Positions 54,596 through 64,000 of a stretch of 64,000 nucleotides of DNA are shown piece by piece; position 1 is the first letter of the stretch; the number at the start of each line of letters is the position of its first letter. The position numbers and the translations under genes were made by a program. This DNA is from Chloroflexota bacterium (lineage in GTDB: Bacteria; Chloroflexota; Dehalococcoidia; UBA2979), in assembly GCA_027593235.1 (NCBI GenBank), contig JAQCIU010000009.1:1-64000 (forward strand), read 5' to 3'. The notes under the pieces were generated by a model that saw only the letters and a list, made by a program, of their open reading frames with translations, made no database searches and was not told the DNA's origin.

Positions 54596-55996
54596 ATGCG
54601 CACTGCCCTCTACCTCGTCGTCGCTGTCTCGCTACTCGCCGTTACCGCCTGCACCTCGCATGACGGCGGCGACACGGCCACCGCAACCCCCACCAGCGCA
54701 ATCGCCGACGCCGCCACTTCGACGGCCACAGCCACCGCCGTCCCGAGCACCTCGCCCTCACCGACCGTCCGCCCCGAACCGCGACGCGTCTCCCCCGGCG
54801 CCGATTACCCGACCGTCGGCCTCCGTCCGGACGGGCTCCCCGTCGCCGCCGAGGGCGCACTCGTGGTCTACGTAAAGGAGCTTCGAGGCGACTCCGCCGT
54901 CGAGGTAGTGATCTTCGACCTCTCCAGGGGCGAACGCCTGTCGTCGTTCTATCTGGAAGCGAACCAGCACTCCTCGGTGCAACTCGCGGGAAATCGAGTG
55001 ATCGCCTCGTTCGGGAGCAAGATCTGGTCGTACGCCCTCGACGGCTCCGGCGGCGTCCTCCTCGATGACAAGCTGGTCACCTCCTACGTCCTGCCCTCCC
55101 CGGACGGCCGCTACCTCGTGGCCACCGGGTCAGACGAGGGTTACCCAACCTCGGTTTCTACCTTCGATCTCGAAAGCGGAAAGCGGCTCTTCCACGTCGA
55201 CCTGCTCGATGAGTTCCCGGACTGGCAGGGCGAGCCGCACCCCGTCCGATGGCTCACCACTGACACCGTCCTCATCGGCGGACTCTGCCATTGCGACGGC
55301 CCGGGCGGCGGATTCTTCGACGTCGTCGTCTCGGCGGGTGGAGGGGCCACCCGCGCCCCCGCCGACCTCCCACCTCCCGCGCCACGATCCGCCGTCATTA
55401 CAGACCAGTTCGCACCCGGGTGTCAGCTCGTGGGCTACGCCGGTGGCCGGACGATCGCGCTCGTCGATGCCGCACGAGGCGATGTCCTCGCCGAGGCACG
55501 CGCGTCTGCGCCAGTCTTCCTGAGCTACGAGCTGTCGCCCGATGGAACCGAGGTGCTGGTCGTCAGCCTCGACGCCGATCAGCCGCTGCGCGATCGACTC
55601 AACGAGCTGCTCGCCTCGGGCCGCTGCAGCGACGATGGCGGCATCGACTGGTCGACCACGGGTCGCACGCTCGGCCTGCTCCGCGCGGGGGGCGATGCAC
55701 TCGAGGTCGTCGATTCACGGCTCGCGGTACTCGACCGCTGGTACCCCGACCAGCTCCCCGTCTTCGTCTGCGACGGCGAGGAGCGCGCGGGCGCGAACAC
55801 CACCCCCTGGCTCCACCCCGCGCTCTGGCGCAGCCCGGTCGGCTTCGGCACCCCGTGGGGCTTCACCTCCGAGGCCTGCCAGGACAACCGCACCACAGTC
55901 ATCGATATGCGCGTCGGCACGACCGTCGTCGACACCGCCGCCGAGGGCTATCGCGTGCTGGCCTTCCTCGACTCGACCCGCACCTCCGAGAACTAA
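54596..55996 (+). CDS. hypothetical lipoprotein, beta-propeller-like
   Basis: VTAC lipobox, T/A/P linker, SPDGRY and SPDGTE blade-like motifs, several Cys. Confidence 0.75.
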   Translation: MRTALYLVVAVSLLAVTACTSHDGGDTATATPTSAIADAATSTATATAVPSTSPSPTVRPEPRRVSPGADYPTVGLRPDGLPVAAEGALVVYVKELRGDSAVEVVIFDLSRGERLSSFYLEANQHSSVQLAGNRVIASFGSKIWSYALDGSGGVLLDDKLVTSYVLPSPDGRYLVATGSDEGYPTSVSTFDLESGKRLFHVDLLDEFPDWQGEPHPVRWLTTDTVLIGGLCHCDGPGGGFFDVVVSAGGGATRAPADLPPPAPRSAVITDQFAPGCQLVGYAGGRTIALVDAARGDVLAEARASAPVFLSYELSPDGTEVLVVSLDADQPLRDRLNELLASGRCSDDGGIDWSTTGRTLGLLRAGGDALEVVDSRLAVLDRWYPDQLPVFVCDGEERAGANTTPWLHPALWRSPVGFGTPWGFTSEACQDNRTTVIDMRVGTTVVDTAAEGYRVLAFLDSTRTSEN

Positions 55997-57261
55997 ACCA
56001 CCCCCTGCGCCCGGAGCTGCGCCACCTCGTCCGGCGCAAACCCCGACTCCTCGAGGATCGCGTCCGCATGCTCCCCGAGCAGCGGCGCCCGCCGCTGGAT
56101 CTGCCACGGGCTCCCGTGGAAGAGATACGGCGCCCCCGGATAGGTGAACGATCGACCGAGGTCCGGGTGTGGCACCTCCGTCGGGAAACGGCGCGCCTTG
56201 AAGTGACGGTCCTCCATCACCTCCTCCGGCGAATAAATGATCCCCACCTGAAACCCGCGCTGTTGCGCCCCCTCGAAGAACTCGTACGCGGACATGTTCT
56301 GGGCGAGCAACACCATCGCGTCGCGCCCCGCCTGGAACATCTCCCGGATCGCCGGATCCGTCGCGATCTTCGACAGGTCGAGGATACCGTGCGACTTCCC
56401 CATCTCCAGCAGCGGCGTCGCCGGGAACTGCTCGTCGAGCCCCCGCTCTGCCAGCCACTGCAGCACCATCTCGTAATCGCGCCCGCGGCGCGCCGGCACG
56501 CCCGTGTTCACCCAGCGCCCGTCACCGCACTGCACCTGCGACGGCGCCGAGGGGTTCACGCCCGCGTGCCGCCCCGTCTGCCGCTGCACCGTCTCCTCCG
56601 CGACCAGCCACGAGTAGCTCCCCGCCTCGGTCGTCACGTTCTGCGCGGCGTGCATGTCGACGTCGATGTGCTGCCCCGCGCCGGTCACGTCCCGGCTCAC
56701 GAGGGCGACCAGCGCCGCCATCACCGCGTAGTGACAGCCCGTCTGGTAGCCCTGGTTGCCACCACCCCGCACCGGCGGCAGCGAGTGATCGTCATAGCCG
56801 CAGCTCCACGCGGGCCCGCCGCCGGCCAGCAGCGTCAGGTCCGTCGCCAGCTCGTGCTCGCGCGGCCCACCGCGCATGAACGGCGCCATCGAGACGCTGA
56901 TCAGCTCCGGGTGCCCGGCGCGCAGCGACAGCGCGTCGATCCCCAGCGCCTCCAGCCGCCCAGCGTCCTCGCTCTCAAGGAACACATCCGCCGTCGCCAC
57001 CAGCCGCCGCAACGCCCCGCGCCCCGCGTCGGTCTCGAGGTCGATCGTGATCCCGCGCTTGCTCGTGTTGTAGTGCCAGAAATAGAGGCTGCGCTCGTCG
57101 CCCGGCTCGTCATCGAGGAACGGCTCGTAGCCCCGCGTCGCGTCGCCGCCCGGCGGCTCAACGAGGATCACGTCGGCGCCCATGTCCGCGAGCAGCTTCC
57201 CCGCGAACGCGATCCGGTCGTTCGCCAGCTCGATCACGCGCAGATCGCTGAGGGCGGTCAT
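55993..57261 (-). CDS. family III CoA transferase subunit
   Basis: LSDLRVIEL, GKLLADMGADVILVEPPGG, NTSKR, APLLGEH. Confidence 0.92.
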   Translation of the reverse strand: MTALSDLRVIELANDRIAFAGKLLADMGADVILVEPPGGDATRGYEPFLDDEPGDERSLYFWHYNTSKRGITIDLETDAGRGALRRLVATADVFLESEDAGRLEALGIDALSLRAGHPELISVSMAPFMRGGPREHELATDLTLLAGGGPAWSCGYDDHSLPPVRGGGNQGYQTGCHYAVMAALVALVSRDVTGAGQHIDVDMHAAQNVTTEAGSYSWLVAEETVQRQTGRHAGVNPSAPSQVQCGDGRWVNTGVPARRGRDYEMVLQWLAERGLDEQFPATPLLEMGKSHGILDLSKIATDPAIREMFQAGRDAMVLLAQNMSAYEFFEGAQQRGFQVGIIYSPEEVMEDRHFKARRFPTEVPHPDLGRSFTYPGAPYLFHGSPWQIQRRAPLLGEHADAILEESGFAPDEVAQLRAQGVV

Positions 57262-58505
57262 ACGACCCCCTCCTCATGCAGTGAGACAAGCTCGGCCGCG
57301 CTGACCCCGAGCAGCTCGCCGAAGACGTAGTCGTTGTGCTCGCCGAGGCACGGCGCGCCGCGCTCGAGCTTCCAGTCCGTCTCGGAGAGGTGCACCGGCA
57401 TCCCATCCACCCGTACATCCCCCATCTCCGTCTGCTTCACCGTCGGCCACAGCCCCCACGCCGCCGTGTCGCCGTCGTGGTCGACGCGCTCCCCCGGCCG
57501 CTGCACCGCCGTCGCCGGCACCCCCGCCGCCTGCAACCGGCTCGCGAGGTCAAAGCGCTCCTGGTGCCGCGTCCAGTCCGTGATCCGCCGATCGAGGTCG
57601 TCCTCGTTCGCCAGCCGGTCCGCCAGCGTCGCGAACCGCGCGTCGTCCGCCCACGCGGTCCCGGCCACGCCGCAGAGCGCCTGCCAGTCCTGCTCGTTGC
57701 GGCACGAAATCCCGATCCAGTTGTCGTCGCCCTCGGTCTCGTAGATCCCGTGCGGCGTCATCGCCGGGAACTGGTTCCGGTTGGAGTTCGGGCTCCCCTC
57801 CCGGCGCAGCCCGCGCCCGTTGACGGTGTAATCGAGGAGTGCCGGTCCGTTGAGGCTCGCCCCCGCCTCGGTACAGCTCATGTCCACCCACTGCCCCTCG
57901 CCGGTCACGTTGCGGTGGTGCACCGCCATCAGGATCGCCATCGCCATGTAGTAGGCGCCCGTGTGATCCATGTAGCTGTAGCCCCAGCCCGCCGAGGGCT
58001 GCCCCGGAAGCCCGGAGGAGAACGTCAGCCCGGAGACCGCCTGCACCACCGGCCCCCACGTCTTGTAGTTCACGTACGGACCGGAGTGCCCAAACCCGCA
58101 GTTGGAGACGTAGATCACGTCGTCCTTCAGCGCCCGCAGCTCCTCGTAGCTCAGCCCCAGCCGTTCGAACACCCCGGCCGCGAAGTTCTCGCTCACCACG
58201 TCCGAGATCTTGATCAGCTCGTGCAGCAGCTCCTTCCCGCGCGTGGTGCGCAGGTTGAGCGTGATCCCCAGCTTCTCCACGTTGTGGTTGTTGAACGACC
58301 CGCCGAGGTTGATCCCGCGCCGCTCATCCTTGAACGGCTGCCCGCCGCGCAGGATGTCCCAGCGTCCCTCGTTCGTCGGATCCTCAATTCGGATCACCTG
58401 CGCGCCAAACGCCGCCAGGAACTTCGTCGCGCCCGCACCGGCAAGCTGGCCGGTGAAATCGCAGATCCGCAGCTGCCCCAACGCCGTGCCATCGGACTCA
58501 CGCAT
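57258..58505 (-). CDS. family III CoA transferase subunit
   Basis: LRICDFTGQLAG, GAQVIRIE, ENF, YMDH, APCLGEHN; 4-bp overlap with its partner gene. Confidence 0.92.
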   Translation of the reverse strand: MRESDGTALGQLRICDFTGQLAGAGATKFLAAFGAQVIRIEDPTNEGRWDILRGGQPFKDERRGINLGGSFNNHNVEKLGITLNLRTTRGKELLHELIKISDVVSENFAAGVFERLGLSYEELRALKDDVIYVSNCGFGHSGPYVNYKTWGPVVQAVSGLTFSSGLPGQPSAGWGYSYMDHTGAYYMAMAILMAVHHRNVTGEGQWVDMSCTEAGASLNGPALLDYTVNGRGLRREGSPNSNRNQFPAMTPHGIYETEGDDNWIGISCRNEQDWQALCGVAGTAWADDARFATLADRLANEDDLDRRITDWTRHQERFDLASRLQAAGVPATAVQRPGERVDHDGDTAAWGLWPTVKQTEMGDVRVDGMPVHLSETDWKLERGAPCLGEHNDYVFGELLGVSAAELVSLHEEGVV

Positions 58506-58645
58506 CGTCTCGCCTCTCTCGTACGCGGCGGAGCATATCTCGAACGCCGTTTGAATCACGAACGCAATCCGATTGCGAGCCCACCGGGGCGCGCCTACGC
58601 TGCGGTCGCCCCGGTGGCACCGCCGCCCGGGGCCAGGAGGCCCAC

Positions 58646-59770
58646 ATGACCACCGCCACGTCCCCGCTCACCAGCCGCATCGCCGCCGCCGCCGACGACT
58701 TCCTCGAAATGCTCGAGCCCGAGCAACTCGAGGCCGCGACGTTCGCCTTCGCCAACGAGGACGAGCGCACGCGCTTCTTCTACACCCCAACCGATCACGG
58801 CGGCATCGAGTTCGTCGACATGTGGCCGCAGCAACACGCCGCCGCCATGCGCCTGCTCGCCGCCACCCTCAGCCCCGGTGCCTACTCCACCGCCGCGACG
58901 ATCATGGGCCTCGAGAACGTGCTCGCCGGCCTCGAGGGCTTCGTCGACTTCGACCACGACGCGGACGAGGTCCGCACGAGGAACCCGAACCGCTACCACG
59001 TCTCCGTCTTCGGCACGCCCGGCGAAGAGCCGTGGGGCTGGCGCTTCGGTGGGCACCACGTCTCGGTCAGCCTGCTCGCCGCCAACGGCGAGGTCCGCCT
59101 GCTCCCCAGCTTCCTCGGCGCCAACCCCGCCAGTTACGACGGCGTCGGCGCGAACCACATCCGCCCGCTCGCCGCCGAGGAGGATCTCGGCCGTGAGCTG
59201 GTCCACCTGCTCAACGAGGAGCAGCTCGCGACCGCCCTCCTCTCGCCCACCGCGCCACCGGACCTGGTGACGATCAACAGCTCGCGGCTCGCGACGCCAA
59301 CTCGTACCGAGGCGGCGCCGTGGAAAATCTGGCGGAGCCGTACCGCGGACGACTTCACCGAGGGCGCGCTCAGCGCCGTGCGGACCGCGGTCGATCGCCT
59401 CGGCGAGGAGCACCTCGCCGCCCTCGAATACACCGCCGAACCGAAGGGGATCCGCGCCAACGCCCTCGACTCCGGCCAGCGCGTCGCGCTCGCCGCGCTC
59501 CTCCGTCAGTACATCGCGCGCATGCCCGACGAACTCGCCGCGACAGAGTTGGCACGCATCGAGGGCATCGATGACGCCGCGATGACCTTCGCCTGGGCTG
59601 GTGGCCTCGAGCGCGGCCAAGGCCACTACTACCGCATCCAGGGACCCGGCCTCCTCGTCGAGTACGACAACACCCAGAACGACGCCAACCACATCCACGC
59701 CGTCTGGCGCGATCCGGAGCGCGACTTCGGCCGCGATCTCCTCGCGGAGCACTACTCCGCGGCGCACTGA
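58646..59770 (+). CDS. DUF3500 family protein
   Basis: WGWRFGGHHVS, FLGANP, YYRIQGP, EYDNTQNDANHIHAVWRD. Confidence 0.88.
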   Translation: MTTATSPLTSRIAAAADDFLEMLEPEQLEAATFAFANEDERTRFFYTPTDHGGIEFVDMWPQQHAAAMRLLAATLSPGAYSTAATIMGLENVLAGLEGFVDFDHDADEVRTRNPNRYHVSVFGTPGEEPWGWRFGGHHVSVSLLAANGEVRLLPSFLGANPASYDGVGANHIRPLAAEEDLGRELVHLLNEEQLATALLSPTAPPDLVTINSSRLATPTRTEAAPWKIWRSRTADDFTEGALSAVRTAVDRLGEEHLAALEYTAEPKGIRANALDSGQRVALAALLRQYIARMPDELAATELARIEGIDDAAMTFAWAGGLERGQGHYYRIQGPGLLVEYDNTQNDANHIHAVWRDPERDFGRDLLAEHYSAAH

Positions 59771-59793
59771 TGCCTGCGAGGGCCGGAGCACCG

Positions 59794-60219
59794 ATGAAGC
59801 GCCCGCTCGCACATCGCCTGGACGTGCTCTTTCGCCTGCACGCGGACCTCGCCGCGACGCTCCCCGCGGAGACGCTCGCCTCCCACCTCGGCACGCTGCG
59901 TTCCAACACCATCGGCCAGCAGCTCTGGTGCGTCGTCGGTGGCCGCGAATCGTGGGCGAAAGCCATCCCCGCCGGCGCGTGGCAGGGCTTCGCCTGCTCA
60001 CTCGACGAGCCGCACGACCCCGCGAGGGTGCGCGCCGCCCTCGAGGCCGGCGCCGCCCAGGTCCGCGCCGTGCTCGACGCCGAACGCTCCGACGCCGGTG
60101 AAACCCAGGCGCTCGGACTCCTCGAACACGAGGCCGGCCACGCCGGCCAGCTCCTGCGCTACGTCCTCGGCCTGGAGCTGCCGCTACCGAAAAGCTGGCA
60201 GGCCTACTTCGGCGTCTAA
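59794..60219 (+). CDS. DinB-like hypothetical protein
   Basis: SNTIGQQLWCVVG.RES, LLEHEAGHAGQL. Confidence 0.7.
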   Translation: MKRPLAHRLDVLFRLHADLAATLPAETLASHLGTLRSNTIGQQLWCVVGGRESWAKAIPAGAWQGFACSLDEPHDPARVRAALEAGAAQVRAVLDAERSDAGETQALGLLEHEAGHAGQLLRYVLGLELPLPKSWQAYFGV

Positions 60220-60262
60220 CGCCGCTCCCCGAGGGCTACAGGTCCGGAGCCGCCCTCGAGGG

Positions 60263-60679
60263 CTACGGGTCGAGGTTGACCAGCTCGCCCGCCACGAAGT
60301 CCAGCTTGCGGTAGTAGCAATTCCGCGCCTCGCCGGCCTCGTTCTTCGTGTGACAGATCCCGCCCGCGTTCGGACGCACCAGGTACAGCAACGAGTTCTG
60401 CTCGCAGTTCACCCGCACCTCCAGCAGATCGAACGTCTCGCCGGAGGTCTTGCCCTTCTCCCACAGCTCGTTGCGGGAGGTGCTCCAGAACACCGCGGAC
60501 CGCGTCTCAATCGCCTTGTCCAGCGCCTGCTGGTTCACGTACGCGACCAGGATCAGCTCCTGCGTGTCCGCGTTTTGCACCGCGCACGGCAGCACCTGGT
60601 TCGCTGGATCGATCGTCGCCAGCTTGTTGAAGTCCAGCGCGACCGCCGCGCCCTCTTCCAGTGCGTTGCTGCTGGTCAT
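60263..60679 (-). CDS. hisI: phosphoribosyl-AMP cyclohydrolase
   Basis: FWSTSRNELWEKGKTSG, NCEQNSL, CHT, CYY. Confidence 0.9.
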   Translation of the reverse strand: MTSSNALEEGAAVALDFNKLATIDPANQVLPCAVQNADTQELILVAYVNQQALDKAIETRSAVFWSTSRNELWEKGKTSGETFDLLEVRVNCEQNSLLYLVRPNAGGICHTKNEAGEARNCYYRKLDFVAGELVNLDP

Positions 60680-60706
60680 CTCGATCCCCCGGGTCGCTGC
60701 GAACGG

Positions 60707-60733
60707 AAAAATGAGGGGCCTCGCAGCCCCTCA
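60707..60733 (-). terminator. intrinsic terminator after the MaoC pair
   Basis: Minus strand TGAGGGGC-TGCGAG-GCCCCTCA followed by TTTTT. Confidence 0.8.
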
Positions 60734-60762
60734 CCATTCTGGGAGTCGAATCGGGTCTGTGA

Positions 60763-61194
60763 CTACCCGCGCGAAGGCACCACCACGATCGCCTTACCGG
60801 GCGCACCCTGCAGGCCGTCCTGGTTCACCACGTTTACGTCCAGGTACACGCGGTGCTCGCCGTCCTCCACCTTCTTCTCGGTGACCACGGCCTGTGTCGT
60901 CAGCGTGTCGTGCTTCTGGTTGATCGCGCGGAACTGCATCGACAGATCGCGGACCTCGGCCTCGTCACCGATCCAGGCCTGCAGCGCGTTCATCACGTAC
61001 GCCCAGCGCAGGTTGCCCATCCCGAACGCCTCGCCCTGGCCGGCCGCCTTGGCGACCGCGTCGTCCATGTGCAGGTACACGAACTCATCGTTCACCGCCG
61101 CGTAACGGTTCCAGTTCATAAAATCGGTCTCGCGGACGACCGGCGGAACCTCTTGCCCGACCTCGACGTCCTCGAAGTACACGTTGATTGCCAT
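60763..61194 (-). CDS. MaoC family dehydratase subunit
   Basis: YFEDVEVGQE, YAAVNDEFVYLHMD, GMG. Confidence 0.85.
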   Translation of the reverse strand: MAINVYFEDVEVGQEVPPVVRETDFMNWNRYAAVNDEFVYLHMDDAVAKAAGQGEAFGMGNLRWAYVMNALQAWIGDEAEVRDLSMQFRAINQKHDTLTTQAVVTEKKVEDGEHRVYLDVNVVNQDGLQGAPGKAIVVVPSRG

Positions 61195-61219
61195 CAGACT
61201 TCCCTTCCTTCGAGGCCGG

Positions 61220-61723
61220 TTAGTAGCGCACGCCGGTCGAGATGCGGCGCTTCACGAGTTGGCCGTTCTGGTTATGCCACTCTGTCTCCGTGAACGTGAA
61301 GATCGTCAGCCCGTGACGCCCCTCGCGCTCGTTCCAGTCCGACAGACGGGTCTTCGAGGTGATCACGTCGCCTGCCCGGATCGGCGCAAAGAACGTGTCC
61401 TGCTGACCGCCGTTCAGGATGTTCTCGCCCTTCTTCGGCGTCTGCCCGGGCACCGGCCCGGCGGACGCGCGCGCCGGGCGGTCGACTGGCCACGTGAACG
61501 GGTTGAAGTCGCGAGGCGCGATGATGCTGCCCCACGTCGTGCCCGCCGCGTACTCCTCGTCCCAGAAGATCTGCGGCGGCTTCTCCGGCCAGTACGTCGC
61601 GATCGCCCACTTTCGAATGTCCGAGGCGGTCACCGGGTACGAGGTCGTCTCGGCCCCCCAGACGCCCTTGGCATCGATCATGTCCTGCGTGACGAGTGTC
61701 GTTGGCTGTTCGGTCGTGGTCAT
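61220..61723 (-). CDS. MaoC N-terminal/FAS1-like dehydratase partner subunit
   Basis: V..SDIRKWA, D.EYA...WG.IIAP, LNGG, PIRAGD.I, NQNG. Confidence 0.85.
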   Translation of the reverse strand: MTTTEQPTTLVTQDMIDAKGVWGAETTSYPVTASDIRKWAIATYWPEKPPQIFWDEEYAAGTTWGSIIAPRDFNPFTWPVDRPARASAGPVPGQTPKKGENILNGGQQDTFFAPIRAGDVITSKTRLSDWNEREGRHGLTIFTFTETEWHNQNGQLVKRRISTGVRY

Positions 61724-61903
61724 CGCTTACCCTCCGCGAGTGCTCTCAGCGCGCACGATACTACGCAGAACCAAACATGAGTAGAAACCGCGGGCCGAAG
61801 CCCGCCGTCCCCCACCCTCATAGACGCGTGAGGAGCGCTTCCCGGATAATGGGGGGCACGCCAGCTTCCTATACGGAGGCTTGACGAGAGCGGAACCTGA
61901 ATC

Positions 61904-64000
61904 GTGATCTTCTGCACAGCCTGTGGCAGCGAAGCAGACGACCAGGCGCTGTTCTGCGATCACTGCGGTACCCAGCTCGTCGCCGCGCTTCCGCGCGTCT
62001 GCACCGAGTGCGGCCGCCGCAACCGCACCAGCGCCAGCTTCTGCAACGCCTGTGGCACCAGCCTCCAGGCCGCGCCCGCCGCAGCCGTCGCGCTCACCAC
62101 ACCGCCACTCACCGTCTCACCGACCCGCGTCGAGCCGTCGCTCCCTCCCGAGGTGCCCTCTGCCCCTGCGGCGTCGGCGCCAACCCCGGCGTCAGCGCCG
62201 GCGCCACCCCCACCCGTCGAGGCCGCGCCATCGCGTCCGCCACCGACGCCCGAGTCGGCAACGCTCGAACCAATCGCGGCGGCGCTCGAATCGGCCGTTC
62301 CCGCGGTCGAGGCACCGACAGGCACCCCGGGGCCCGATCCGTCCGCGGCACCGCCGCCGTCCCGACCGCATCGCGAATCGGACCCTGCCACCCGTGCGCG
62401 TCGACCGGGCCCGCCCCCGCCGCCCTCCCGTTCTGCCGCCGAAAGCGCCAGAGAATGGGCCGCCTCTCGCCAGGCCGACATCCTCCTCTACCTCGGCGCA
62501 TTCCTGCTCGTCGCCGCCGCGCTGCTCTTCGTCTCATCGCAGGGCAACGAACTTTCGTCCGAACTGCGCGTCTCGCTGCTGCTCGTCTACACCGTCGCCT
62601 TCACCGTCGCCGGGCTCCTCGCTCGCCGCACCACCCGGATCCGCGAGGCCGGCGCCGTCTTCCTCGCGATCGGCGCACTGATCACCCCGCTCAACTTCCT
62701 CCTCATCTACACCGAGATCCTTGAGCAACGGGACGTCTCGCCTGATCTCGTCTGGCTGATCGGCTCGCTCTACAGCGCGCTCTTCTACGCCCTGCTCTGG
62801 TCCCGCGGCTACGGCAAGCTCTACGCCGTTCCCGCCGGGCTCTCCATCGTCAGCGCCTGGGCCGCGTTGGCCGCCGTCGTCGATCTCCCCGCCGAGTGGT
62901 TCGGCACCTGGTGGATCGGCTTCCTCGTGATCGCCTCCGCCGTCGCGGTCCGTGTCCGCTACTACGGCACCGAGGTCGCGGCGGTGCTTGGCGCATTGAT
63001 CGCGCTCGTGCTGCTGGGCGAACTCATCGCCTCCGATCTCTTCCTCGGCGATCACGGCGCCGTCCCGCTGCCGTTCAGCTTCGCGCTCATCACCGCCTGG
63101 TTCGCGCTCACCGGCTGGTCGCTGCGCCAGCCGCTACTGCTGCCGTGGGGTGCGACCAGCGCGATCGCCATCGGCATCGCCGCCGTCCGTGCGCTCGGGC
63201 TCGCCGAGGACTGGGGCGCCTACTCCCCGCTCGCGATGGGCTTCGTCGCCGTCTACTCGCGTCGCTGGTGGGCCCGCTGGAACCTCAGCATTGCGCGCCT
63301 CGGCTGGCCGTACGCCGCCGGCTGCGCGCTCACGCCGCTCGCGCTGATCGGCGCCTACGACACCTCCGCCCACGGCGCTGTCTCCTTCCTCGTCGGTGCC
63401 GCCGTGCTCGCCTCGGTCGCCTGGCGCGACACCACCGATGGCGTCCGCCTCCTCGACGAGGTGCCGCGTGGCACCCCCACCACCGTCGCTGAACGCACGG
63501 TGTTCGCCTGGCTCGGCTTCATCTCGCTGCTGATCGGCGTCGGCTACACCCAGCGCGAACTGGGCATCGCGGCTCAGAACACCGGCTGGAGCTACCTCGC
63601 GATCGGCCTCGTCACCATCGCCCTGCTCGCCCGCACGGGACGTCGCTGGAACCCCGCGCTCGCGGTGTTCGCGCCGCCTGCGATCCTCGCGATGCTCGTG
63701 TCGCTCGCCGACCCGGGCGAATACCCGGGCCACGTCGCCGTCCTGCTCGGCGTGCCGGCGCTCGCCTTCCTCGCCAGCTTCGCGATCACCCGCCGCTGGG
63801 GTACGACACTCGTCTCGGCCGCCATCGCCGTCTTCGCCGTCGCAGCCGCCTGGGACGCCCTCGGCTGGACCCCGTGGACGCTCGCCGTCGCCTACTCGCT
63901 TGCCGGGACCGCGCTGTTCGCGTCCCTCACGCCGCTCCGCAGCTACCGCCCCAGGAGCACGCCGACGATCGTCGCCATCCTCTCCTGGAGCTACCTCCTC
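61904..64000 (+). CDS. double zinc-ribbon, Pro-rich linker and multi-pass membrane protein (runs off the window; absent from the ORF track)
   Basis: GTG 61904: IFCTACG...FCDHCG...CTECG...FCNACG, then a Pro/Ala linker and ILLYLGAFLLVAAA followed by many TM segments. Confidence 0.85.
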   Translation, partial: MIFCTACGSEADDQALFCDHCGTQLVAALPRVCTECGRRNRTSASFCNACGTSLQAAPAAAVALTTPPLTVSPTRVEPSLPPEVPSAPAASAPTPASAPAPPPPVEAAPSRPPPTPESATLEPIAAALESAVPAVEAPTGTPGPDPSAAPPPSRPHRESDPATRARRPGPPPPPSRSAAESAREWAASRQADILLYLGAFLLVAAALLFVSSQGNELSSELRVSLLLVYTVAFTVAGLLARRTTRIREAGAVFLAIGALITPLNFLLIYTEILEQRDVSPDLVWLIGSLYSALFYALLWSRGYGKLYAVPAGLSIVSAWAALAAVVDLPAEWFGTWWIGFLVIASAVAVRVRYYGTEVAAVLGALIALVLLGELIASDLFLGDHGAVPLPFSFALITAWFALTGWSLRQPLLLPWGATSAIAIGIAAVRALGLAEDWGAYSPLAMGFVAVYSRRWWARWNLSIARLGWPYAAGCALTPLALIGAYDTSAHGAVSFLVGAAVLASVAWRDTTDGVRLLDEVPRGTPTTVAERTVFAWLGFISLLIGVGYTQRELGIAAQNTGWSYLAIGLVTIALLARTGRRWNPALAVFAPPAILAMLVSLADPGEYPGHVAVLLGVPALAFLASFAITRRWGTTLVSAAIAVFAVAAAWDALGWTPWTLAVAYSLAGTALFASLTPLRSYRPRSTPTIVAILSWSYLL

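Noticed and set aside
55291-57330. Long antisense or alternative-frame ORFs (e.g. 55291-57330, 36067-37848, 43174-44736, 14001-15539)
   Set aside because: Arg/Pro/Gly-rich shadow ORFs overlapping well-supported genes; expected in high-GC DNA.

Overview
High-GC, gene-dense bacterial chromosome segment with about 60 CDSs. The gene repertoire (Tat-type lipoproteins ending LIGC-G, many family III CoA transferases, SDRs, acyl-CoA dehydrogenases, hot-dog dehydratases and MFS transporters) suggests an aerobic heterotroph such as a Dehalococcoidia/Tepidiformales-like Chloroflexota; this is inference only. No rRNA, complete tRNA, CRISPR array or transposase is visible. Main signals: (1) two adjacent genes (29895-32331, minus strand) are each split by an in-frame TGA at the first Cys position of a thioredoxin-fold motif (W-U-P-F-C and W-U-A-G-C). 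Each TGA is followed by a similar SECIS-like hairpin and each protein ends in a DsbD-N-like dithiol domain, which indicates a tandem selenoprotein redox operon missed by the ORF track. (2) A family-5 ABC substrate-binding lipoprotein has an in-frame TGA (44954), and its 5' end is fused head-to-head to a 5'-truncated enoyl-CoA hydratase. (3) Two unrelated protease loci share an ~80-aa C-terminal domain, a candidate surface-anchoring or sorting module. (4) An orphan CheW-globin fusion. (5) A surface protein with 9 Ig-like/Ca-binding repeats, interrupted by TAG. (6) A solo BcsA-like synthase paired with an HDOD gene. (7) A symmetric tRNA-Ala 3'-end att-like site at the left edge. Start codons were chosen by eye and product calls rest on motif recognition, not database searches.
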